Shown here: piece after piece, positions 53,565 to 64,000 of the stretch
How positions within the stretch are numbered: the first letter of the stretch is position 1
How the letters are laid out: every line of letters begins with the position of its first letter
Assembly (NCBI GenBank): GCA_013239625.1
Contig: MU056050.1
Location: 4,721,366 to 4,785,365 of the forward strand
DNA length: 64,000 nucleotides
Reading direction: 5' to 3'
Source: Lama guanicoe
Taxonomy: Eukaryota
The notes under the pieces: generated by a model
Told to the model about the DNA's origin: nothing
Databases searched by the model: none
Seen by the model: the letters and a program-made list of their open reading frames with translations, nothing else
Position numbers and translations under genes: made by a program

Positions 53565-53684
53565 TATTAAGAAAGAAACTAAAGCAAAGTCTGCAGCGGA
53601 TACTGTGAAAGTCACCTGCGGTGTTGAAAAGGTCATTCATAATTTGCAATACTGCACATTCCTTGATGAACTGAGAATACATAG
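53565..53684 (+). other. Weak candidate exon (120 nt)
   Basis: attttctgtgacag| ... TAG|gtaagc; one fully open frame, IKKETKAKSAADTVKVTCGVEKVIHNLQYCTFLDELRIH. Confidence 0.22.
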
Positions 53685-54499
53685 GTAAGCTTGAGTAAAC
53701 TAGAAGGTTAATACAGCTAAAATTCTTACCAGAAGAAAACATACTTGACAAGTGGTTTGTAGCATGTTAAAAAAAATGTGAACATTAAAATAATCAAGAA
53801 CTTCCTAATTTAAATGAGTTGCTCAATATTTATTATAGATACATAAGTAGAAAAATGAGAATTATCTTTAAATGGCAGAGGAGGGGAGTGAACTCTCTAC
53901 AGTACTGAAGTTGCAAAATGTAAATAAGGTGAGACTTCTACTTACCCAGTTTTAAAAAAGAGTAAAGAAAGGAATGTCCAGTGCAATCAAAACCATGCCA
54001 AAACATTATTCTTGTTTTTTTAAAAAAAAAAAAAAACCTTCAAATTTTAGTAAAATTAGGACTTCTGTAACTCTGTGCCATGATACGTAGGGAAGAGCTG
54101 CCAAAAACGGATAACTCAGAGGACACCAGAAAATACATATAGGAATAAATTCTGCAGCTGTGAATTTCAAAGTGATATTGCTAAATTTGGCAATCTGTTG
54201 TTTAGAAAGGCAAACATGGGCATTTAAAGAGTACTTCCCCATAGTCCTTGTATTCTGTTAGAAGCCAGGCTTACCGAAATACTGAACAAGAAGTAGTCTG
54301 TGGCTGGTTGGGGCCAAGTAAGGATTTAGGTAACTCCCACACAACTCTGTGTCATAAGTAAAAGAACACTGCACTAGTCCCTCCTCCACATAAACCCCTG
54401 TAAACTTCTGGTCTATAGATACCTTATTTATTCAAATATAAGTAATTACTAATGAGAAACCAGCAAAAGATCTACAAAAATATACGGTGAAAAAAAATA

Positions 54500-56916
54500 T
54501 AAGCATACCTAGGAGATACTATGGGTTTGCTTCCAGATCACCACAATAAAGTGAATATCGCAATAAAGTGAGTCACATGAATTTTTTGGTTCCCCAGTGC
54601 ATATTAAAGTTATGTTTACACTATACCGTACTCTGTTAAGTGTGCATAGCACTATGTGTAAAAACACAATATATATACCTTTATTAAAAATATTTTATTG
54701 CTAAAAAATGCTAACCATCATTTGAGCCCTCAGGGATTCTTAGTCTTTTTGCTGGTAGAGTGTCTTGCCTTGACGTTGATGGCTACTGACTGATCGGGGT
54801 GGTTGCTGGAGGCTGGAGTGGCTGTGGCAATTTTTAAAAATAAGACAGAAGTGAAGTTTGCCTCATTGAGTGACTTTTCCTTTCAGGAATGATTTCTTTG
54901 TAGCACATAGTGCTATTTGATAGCATTTTACCCACAATAGAACTTCTTTCAAAATTGGAGTCAGTCCTCTCAAACCCTGCTGCTGCTTTATCAACTAAGT
55001 TTATGTCATATTCTAAATGCTTCATTATCATTTCAACAATCTTCACAACATCTTCACCTGTAGTAGATTCCATCCCAAGAAACCACTTTCTTTGCTCATC
55101 CATAAGAAGCAACTCCTCATCTGCTTAAGGTTTATCATGAGATTGCATCAATTCAGCCACATCTTCACACTCCACTTCCAATTCTAGCTCTCCTGCTGTT
55201 TCTACCACATCTGCAGTTAACTTCTTTCATGAAGTCTTGGACCCCTTAAAGTCATTCATGAGGGTTGGAATCAACTTCTTTCAAACTCCTGTTAATGTTG
55301 ATATTTTGGTGTCTTCTCATGAATCATGAACGTTCTTAATGGCATCAAGAATAGTGGATCCTTTCCAGGAGGTTTTCAATTGACTTTGCCGAGATCCATC
55401 AGAGGAATCACTATTTATGGAAGCTATACTCCTATGAATTGTATTTCTTAACTTATGAGAGTTAAATGTCAAATGACTTCTTGATCCATGGGCTGCAGGA
55501 TGGATGTTGTGTTCAAAGGCATGAAAAAAGCATTAATCTCATTGTCCATCTCCATCAGAGATCTTGGATGACCAGGTGTATTGTCAATGAACAGTAATAT
55601 TTTGAAAGGAATCTTTTTTTCTGAGCTGTAAGTCTCAACAGTGGGCTTAATATTCAGTAAACCATGTTGTAAACAGATGTGCTGTCATCCAGGCTTTGTT
55701 TCTGTTCCATTATAAAGCACAAGCAGAATAGATTTAGCATAATTCTTAAGGGCCTTAGGATTCAGAATGGTAAATGAGCATTGGCTTCAACTTAAAGTCA
55801 CCACCTGCATTGGCCCCTAACAAGAGAGTGAGCCTATCCATTGAAACTTCAAAGCCAGGCATTGACTTCTCCTCTCTAGCTGTGAAAGTTCTGGATGGCA
55901 TCTTCTTCCAATCAAGGCTGTTCTGTCTACATAGAAAATCTGTTGTTTACTGTAACTGCCTCCATTAATTGTCTTAGCTAGATCTTCTGGATAACCTACT
56001 GCAGCTTCTACATTAGCACTGGCTATTTCACCTTGTCCTTGTATATTAGAGAGATGGGTTCTTTCCTTAAACCTTATAAATGAACCTTTGCTAGCCTCAA
56101 ATTTTTCTTCTGCAGCTTCTCTACCTCTCTCATCCTTTATAGAACTGAAGAGAGTTGGGGCCTTGCTCTGGATTAGGCTGTGACTTAAGGGAATGTTGTG
56201 GCTGGTTTGATCTTCTGTCCAGACCACTAAAACTTTCTCCATATAAGCAATAAGTCTGTTTTACTTTCTTATCATTCATATGTTTGTTGGAGTAACACTT
56301 TTCATTTCCTTCAAGAACTTTTCCTTTGCATTCACAGTTTGGCTAACTTTTTGGTGCAAGAAACCTAGCTTTCAGCCTGTATGAGCTTTCAACATGCCTT
56401 CCTCACTAAGCTTAATCATTTCTAGCTTTTGATTTGAAGTGAGGCACATGCAACTCTTCTTTTCACTTGGACACTTAGAGGCCAATGTAGGTTAACTGGC
56501 CTATTTTAAATATTGTTGTGTCTCAGGTAATAGGGAAGCCCGAGGAGAAGAAGAGAGATGGGGAACTGCCAGTCGATGGAGCAGTCAGTACACACGCAAC
56601 CTTTATTAAGTTTGCTGTTTATATATATGGGCATGATTTGTGCACCACCCAATTACAATGGTAATATCAGAGATCACTGACCACAGATCATCATAACAAA
56701 TATAATGATAATGAGAAAGTTTGAAATATTGCAATAATTACCAAAATGTGACACAGAGACATGAAATAAGCAAATGCTGTTGGGAAAAATGCTGACAGTA
56801 CACTTGCTTGATACAAGGTTCTGCAATCCTTCAATCTGTTTGAAAAAAAAAAAAAGGAGAGAAATCATGTCTGCCAAATGCAATAAAGTGAAATACATTA
56901 AAAGGAGGTATGCCTG
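54500..56916 (-). mobile_element. Full-length Tigger1 (TcMar-Tigger/pogo-like) DNA transposon
   Basis: TIR remnants taagcatacctagg (54500) and gaggtatgcctg (ends 56916); left TA at 54498-54499. Span 2417 bp fits the ~2.4 kb consensus. Confidence 0.95.
54710..56485 (-). pseudogene. Disrupted Tigger1 transposase
   Basis: Peptides [28 protein letters not shown] (55817-56242) and [20 protein letters not shown] (54834-55112). Start codon mutated to TTG at 56485, early TGA, frameshifts. Confidence 0.92.
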
Positions 56917-57059
56917 TTTAATGAAAGGAGCAGGGAAAACAAATAGTAGGTGAAGAGTATGCACAAGAAAAATACTGTGAATTAACAGATGACATAACTA
57001 AATGTATTATTGCATTTTAAACAGCTCAATAAAACAGTCATGTCTTTAAAATGGGAATT

Positions 57060-57155
57060 CATTTCTGAATATATACATATATCAAATCATCACTTTGTAT
57101 ACCTTAAACTTGTGCAATGTTATGTCACTTATGTCTCAATAAAGCTAGAAACAAA
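57060..57155 (+). mobile_element. Short L1 3' terminal fragment
   Basis: atatcaaatcatcactttgtataccttaaactt...tctcaataaagct. Confidence 0.7.
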
Positions 57156-57169
57156 TAGGATTTCAAAGC

Positions 57170-59320
57170 ACTCATGTAAGAAGTCAGAAAAGATGTAGTC
57201 AAACAACAGAAAGAGCTAAAACATGAGCTAGCTGAATTCATGAGAAAAAGTGGAAGAGAGAAATTAAGCCACCTTAATTTTGAAATATAATAAAGGAAAG
57301 TAACCTGTTAAACACAGCAAGAAATGTGGAAATGAGGGTTGAGAAAAGCTAAAGCTAAAAGCTGGTAAGAGAGACATGGACATGAACAAAGTGTTAAAAG
57401 AAGATTGATTAAAATAATAAATATAGAAAACAAGAGAGCCAACTGATGCTTAATTGGTGTCACTGAAGAAGAGAATCAAATGAATAGAAGATCAATGTTT
57501 AAAGGTATAATTCATAAACTATTTTTGGAAATAAGATTTTAATTTATGTCCTTTTAAAGGGACACTGAGTCCCAGCAGGGAAAAATGACACAAAATGATG
57601 AACATCAAAATACAACTGTAGTAAACCTTCTGGGATTCAAAGATAAAGAAGATGCTTTGGACATAGAAGTAAAATGTGAAGTCACCTGTAAGGGCAAGAA
57701 ACGAACTAAGTCTCAGAATTTTTCACATCTCCTTCCAGTATTAAAGCCAGGAGAACATTGTTCACAGAATATTCAAAGAAAGAGTGACCTAAACTCTATC
57801 CCTAGCCAAATGTTAATTGAAATATAGTGATAACAGAGTATGATTTTTGAATATGCAAAATCTCATGGAGTATAGTTTGCGTATGTCCTATTGAACTGAA
57901 CAAGTAGAGGAAGAGTTTCAGACAACCAAACGATGAAGAAGAATCTGTTAAACAGAGGGGTGGTAAGCATTAAATCTGTTAAACCATAGCTCTAAAACTA
58001 AAACTGAAAGAATTATTGTTTCAGAGCAGAATTTAAATATTATAAATCATAATAATATAGTAATACTCTGATAGGTAAAGTTGAATTGGGATTTGAAAGA
58101 GAAAATTGAAGGTAATACAAATAAATTTCCCAGTCTCTTATAGCCTGAGGGTGAAAATATATAATTTAAAGCTAATAAAGTAATAGGTTACATATATAAT
58201 GATATGTTAAATATAGGAGAACAAAAAAGATTAAAATCATGGTGAGGAAAGTAAAAGAAATTAGAAAAAGTAAATGCATAATAATTCTACCACTATTATT
58301 GATGGAGTCTTATAGATAGTATCACACTAAATAGAATATTAATACAGTTATAAAGGTAATCTCATTGAAAACTAAAATCAAAACTCATATTATTAAAAGG
58401 AATATATACAGGAAAACAATGCAAAGAAAACACCATGCACAAATATAGAATATGAATGAAGAGAGGAGACCACAAAACACAAATGTAGAATATCATGATA
58501 GAATTCTGATAAAACCTATTAATAACTGTAAATAATCTATTCAAAAGAAAACTGCACATTGCTGTTAGAGCAGAATGTTACTGTGTGCTAGTAGAACTGT
58601 GATACAAGAAAAGTCTAGTGGCCGAGAAAGGTGGAAAATAAAAATCAAAAGTATTTTAGTTGTGTATTAAAAAAATAACGTACCAGAAGTCATGATAGTA
58701 ATATGAGTCAAAATCTAAGGCAGAAATTATGTAACATAACAAAGAAGAGCAATTCATATTTAGTATAATCTAACATCAAAGTGTCAGTTATTCTCTAAAT
58801 AAGATACCCTTAAAAAGTCATAAAGCAAAGAACTTCAGTAAATGCAAGGAGAAATACATAATAACATTGGTAGTAGAGTAATAAAACTCTCTCAACCATT
58901 ACAATTCAAGAATAAAAAAGAATATAGAAAACCTCAAATGCATGCATGATTAGGTAGATCTAATAGATATATAGCAGAAAAAAGGGAGCAAGACTTTGTG
59001 TAAATTACTTACGGAATTTTTACAAAATGTGACCAGATGTTATACCAAAAGAAAACTAAAACTAAACCCCCATGAGTAGGAAATTATGAAAAACAAATTA
59101 CTGGTAAAATATATACTTGATAACCAAATCAGAGAAAAGTTTCTAACAACTAGATATATATAAAAGTAAAAACTTGCAAAACCTGAGGCAAAGAAGAAAT
59201 ATGAACTAAAAACACAGAATATAAGGTGAATGAAAACACTACATATCAGACCATAGAGGATGAAGATAAACAAAGGAAATTTCATAGACTTTTCAATATA
59301 TTTTAATGGATCAGAAAGAA
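57170..59320 (+). mobile_element. Very old L1 (L1ME-like) ORF1 to ORF2 relic
   Basis: A-rich sequence with residual ORF1/ORF2 motifs (taattggtgtcactgaagaagagaa; gtagatctaatagatatat; aatgaaaacactacatatcaga). Confidence 0.55.
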
Positions 59321-59324
59321 TGGG

Positions 59325-61497
59325 ATTCAGTATAGTACTGGAAGTCCTAGCCAGAGCAATCAGGTAAGAAAAAGAAATTTAAAAGGCATAAAATTGGAAA
59401 GAAAGAAGTAAAATTGTCTCCCCTTGCAGATTACATGATTTACATATAGAAAAATCTTACTTAAAGACTCCACTAAAAAAGCCCAGTTATTTCTAATCAA
59501 CAAATTCAGGAAAGTTGCTGGGTGCAAAATTAACATGCAAAAATTAGTAGCATTTCTGTACACTAACAACGAATTATTTTAAGGAAAGATAAAAACGATC
59601 TCATTTATAGTAGCATCAAAACTAATAAAATACTTAGGAATGAATTCAGCCAGGGAGTTGGAAGATCTCTACACTGATAGTTATAGAACACTGATGAAAG
59701 AAAAAAGAAAGATGCAAATGAAAGGTATCTCATTATCATGTGTTGGAAAAATATTGTTAAAATATTCATACAGCTTGAAACCATCTATAGATTGAATGCA
59801 ATCCTTATCAAGGGTCCAATGGCATTTTTTTTTCTATAGAAGCAGAAAAACAATCCTAAAATTTATATAGAACACGAAGGGCCCTGAATAACCAAAACAA
59901 GGCTAAGAAGGAGACGCATACTTTCTGATTTAAAGATATTTTATAAAGCTACAGTAATCAAAACAATATGATACTGACATAAAAACAGACCCATAGACCA
60001 ATGGAACATACTGAGAGCCCAGAAATAAACTCGTGCATATGCAGTCAACCCTTATTTCAAGGGAGCCAAGAATACTCAATGGAGAAAGACAGTTTATTAA
60101 AAAAGAATAGTGCCAGGAAAATTGTATGTTCACATATAAAATAATGAAATTACACTCCTGTATTACATGACTCACAAAAATGAACTCCAAATGTGTGAAA
60201 GACTTAAATTTAAGATGTAAAACTGTAAAACTGCTACATAAAACAGGAAAAATCGCCATGATATGGGTCTTGGCAATGACGTTTTTGGATATGACACCTA
60301 AAGTACAAGCAATAAAATAAGTCAGAACACATGAAACTAAAAAGCTTATGTATGCACAGCAAAAGAAACAATCAACAAAATGATAAGGCAACCTATGGCA
60401 TGGGAGAAATACTTGCAAATCATTTATCTTATAAGGGATTAATATTGAGACTATGTGAAAAAGTCATAAAACTCAATAGCCAAAACCCAAATAATCCAAT
60501 TTAAAAAATGGGCAAAAGACATGAACAGACAGTTTTCCAAAGAAGTTTTACAAATGGTCAACAGTTACAAGAAGAGGTACTCAACACCATTAATCATTAG
60601 TGAAATGCAAATCAAAACCGCCATGAGATATCATCTTACGTGTGTTAGAATGACCACCACCAAAAAGGCAAGAGATAACAAATCTTGGTGAGTATGTGGA
60701 GAAAAGGAAACCCTTGGGCACTCTTGGTAGGATTGTAAATAGTGCAGCCACTATGGAAAATAGTATGAAGTTCCCACAATAAATTTAAAATTGAGCTACC
60801 ATATAATCCAGCAATTCTATTTCTGGGTATGTATGTGAAGGAAATGAGAACAATATGTTGAAGAGATATCTGCACCCCAATGTTCATTGCAGCATTATTT
60901 ACAATAACCAAGACATGGGAGCAGCCTAAGTGTCCATCAGTGGATGAATGGATAAGAAAGTATGATATATACACAGTGGTACATAATGGAGTACTCTTCA
61001 GCCATAAAAAAGAAAATTCTGCTATTTGAGATAATATGGATGGACCTTGATGGCATTATGATAAGTGAAATAAGTTAGAGAAAGCAGATACTGTATGAGC
61101 TCACTTATGTGGAATAGCAAACTCAGAAAAAGATACCAGATTTATGGTTACCAGTGCTAGAGGGTGGGGTGAGGGGTGGGTGTGAGATTTGGATGAAATG
61201 GTCAAAGGTACAAAGTTCCAGTTTTAAGACAGATTAGTACTAGGGATGTAATATACATGATGACTATAATTAACAATGCCATATGGTATATTTGAAAGTT
61301 ATTAAGAGAGTAGATCCTAAAAGTTCTCATCACAAAGAAACATTTTTAAAAGTGTATTTTTGTATCTGTATGAGATGATAGATGTTAACTAAACTTATCA
61401 TGGTAATCATTTCATGATATATTTAAGCCAAGTCATGTTATACATGTTAAACTTACCTTGTACTGTATGTCAGTTATATATCAGCAAATCTGAAAGA
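59325..61497 (+). mobile_element. L1MA-like element, RT region to 3'UTR
   Basis: tagtactggaagtcctagccagagcaatcagg...gaaatgcaaatcaaaacc...atgttcattgcagcattattt...gagtagatcctaaaagttctcatcacaa. Confidence 0.9.
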
Positions 61498-61719
61498 AGC
61501 AATCTATAATTTCAGAAATTATCATGCAATAAAATTTACTTAAAATTTCCCCCCCAAAATACATTTCACATAAAGCCACCTTTGTTGTGTTCCCCAGTAT
61601 ACTAATTAGGGACATATTTTCCAAGGATTTATTTAGGCAAGTGTTTTGCTTATAAAGAATTTAACTCAGGATGAAATTAAGAACCTGAATGGATCCATAA
61701 TCACTTGTTAAGAATCAAT

Positions 61720-64000
61720 AATTCAAAAATCAACGCATTTCCAATTTAAATCCTGGCATGCTTTTCATGGAGTTTGAAAAGCTGATCCTAAAACTCACAG
61801 AACCCCAAAATACCAAAAGTGTTGATAAATATGAATAAAGAATGGGAGCATGCTCTATCAGATATCAAGTTTTGTTTTATAGTTAAAGTAATTAAAACCA
61901 TGTGTATTAGCTCAGGGATGGTTATACATACCAAAGGAATATCACAGAGATCGGAAAGAGGAAGACCAATGGGGAAAACATGGACTGATTGCAACATGAT
62001 CCTAGTCTACAGGTTGTCAAGTTGGGAAATAAAAGAACACAAAGAAATCCTATAAGAATTATTCAAGTCAATATGATAGATTAACCACAGCAGGGACAAA
62101 AACCTAAGAAACATAAACAATAAGGAAAGCAAAACAGAGCAATTAATCAATTGATGATTTAGAAAATAGCAGAACTAATAAATCAATTCAATTTCTGGCA
62201 CATGCAAAATATATATTAGAAATACCTCATTTAATGAATGAAAAAGTGGAAAGTATGAAAATATGCAAAATAGAGAAGATAATGTTAAAACAACTGTTAC
62301 AGAGAAAAATAATCATAAGTAGCTACTTTTTGTCAACTGTTTACAGATATACTTGAAAACCTGGATGATTTGGATTAGTTTACAGGAAAATATAAATGAC
62401 TAAAACTGAACTCAAAATAGAAAGAAAACTGTAAATGTCCAATTTCCATAAAGTAAACTTTTTCAAAGAATTAACTGCCCCCCCCAATCACTTAGCCTAG
62501 AGAAAAGCCCTAAGCCTGCATGATTTCACAGGGGAATTCTATCAAAATCTTAAAATGATATAACTCTTGTACTATATTAACCACCATAGCAGATAGAAAA
62601 AGAAGGAAAGTCTTTAAACACTTTTATGATAGCATTCATACCAAACAGAGAGAGAAGACAAAATTAAACTATAGCATATTTTAATATCATTACTAAAGCA
62701 TAAATGTTACTAAACAGTCATGTTACAAAGATTTAAAGATTTACAAAGATTATGCCTTAAAGATTCTTGGCAGGGATGTAACAATGGGTTAATGGTAGTA
62801 ATTCTATTAATATAAATTATATTTTAAAAAGTGACAAAAATCATAAACATTATAGTTGCTGAAAAGTGATTTGATAATATTCAACATCATTTTAGATAAA
62901 ATAGAAGTTGACATACTTAACAGTACTTCTGTCTATATCATTTTCTATCCTACTAGAAAGAAGAGTTAGCTGTACTTATGTCAGACAAAATAGACTTTAA
63001 ACTATATGTGGTCAAAAGGGGCAAAGAAGGTCATTATATAATGATAAAAAGGGGTCAGTTCATCTAGATGATATAACGGTTGTAAATATCTAGGCACATA
63101 ACATCAGAACACCTAAATATAAAAAGCAAATACTAACAGAACAAAAAGGAGAAATAAACAGCAATACAGTAACAGTTGGGAACTTTAATACTCCACTCTC
63201 AACAATAGATAGATCATCAAGACAAAGAAAAGATAGGACACAAGGGATTTGAACAACACCATAGACCTAGTGGACCTAACATACACATACAGAGCATTCT
63301 AAGTTTGTATTAGCCGGTGAATGGATAAAGAAAATATTTATACATACAATGGAATATTATTCCACCTTTAAAACGAAGTAAACCCTGTCGCATGCTACAA
63401 CATGGATGGATCTTGAAATTGGCCAGTTGTAGAAACACAAATAATGCATGATTCCACTTAAATGAGGTGTTTCAATTAGTCACATTCATAGAAACAGGAA
63501 GAAAATGGTGGCTGCCAGAGGCTGGGGGGAGAGAGAATTGAGAAATTGTTACATGGGTATAGATTTTTAGTTTTGAGAGATGAAAAAGTTCTGGAGATCT
63601 GTAATACAACTGTGTGAATATACGTAACACTATTGAACTGTACACTTAAACATTGGTGAGATGGTAAACTGTATGTTATGTGTTCTTAACCACAATTTAA
63701 AAATTTAAAGTTACTTAAAAAAAAATGATTTCCTCCTAAGATCAGGAAGTAGAGAGAGATGTCTGCCCTTGCTACTTCTCATCACCATTATACTGGAAGA
63801 TCTAGCCAGGGTAATCAAACAAGAAAATAAATAATACAACACATCCAGATAATAATGAAGAATTAAAATGATCTATATTTGTAGGTGACATAATTTTTCA
63901 TGTAGAAAATTATAAAAATCTAGAGATAATAAAGAAGTTTAGTGAAGTTGCAGCATACAAGATCAGCATACAAAAATCAGTTGTATTCTGTACACCAGCA
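61720..64000 (+). mobile_element. Patchwork of L1 fragments: old ORF2, endonuclease ~62950-63300, L1MB-like 3' end ~63310-63724, RT ~63725-64000
   Basis: tatgtcagacaaaatagactttaa; acatggatggatcttgaaa...actgtacacttaaa; cctaagatcaggaa...gttgcagcatacaagatcagcatacaaaaatcag. Confidence 0.8.

Noticed and set aside
1..64000. The many 60-180 aa ORFs in the supplied track as real genes
   Set aside because: The recognisable ones are L1 ORF1/ORF2 or Tigger1 fragments. The rest are low-complexity F/L/I/Y-rich translations of AT-rich DNA, many with non-ATG starts.
1..64000. A prokaryote-style novel system (CRISPR array, operon, retron, defence island)
   Set aside because: The DNA is mammalian. There is no repeat-spacer array, no gene-dense block and no intact enzyme ORF.

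Overview
AT-rich, CpG-depleted mammalian genomic DNA, most likely camelid (alpaca/llama/camel). The lineage call rests on a tRNA-derived Vic-1-type SINE (29790-29920) and a young camelid-type L1 3' end (15235-17232). The window looks like the interior of a large intron-rich locus. Roughly half or more is decayed interspersed repeat: many L1 fragments including a ~10.6 kb nested L1 block at ~8945-19540, L2 and MIR relics, MaLR/ERVL solo LTRs (LTR16, MLT1, MLT2) and a full-length but dead Tigger1 at 54500-56916. No complete protein-coding gene, rRNA, true tRNA or CRISPR array is visible, and the ORF track is L1/Tigger1 debris or chance. The best genic signal is a 74-nt + strand exon candidate at 51115-51188; its host gene was not identified. 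There are weaker exon candidates, and a promoter/5'UTR-like block at the left edge with a minus-strand Kozak ATG running off the window. I found no new multi-gene system. The most unusual signals are structural: a 42-bp locally templated insertion between neighbouring L1s, a probable ~6-kb inversion splitting one L1, and a 32-bp motif-rich palindrome. Repeat subfamily names are from recalled consensus sequences, not from a search, and boundaries are approximate unless TSDs or TIRs are quoted.
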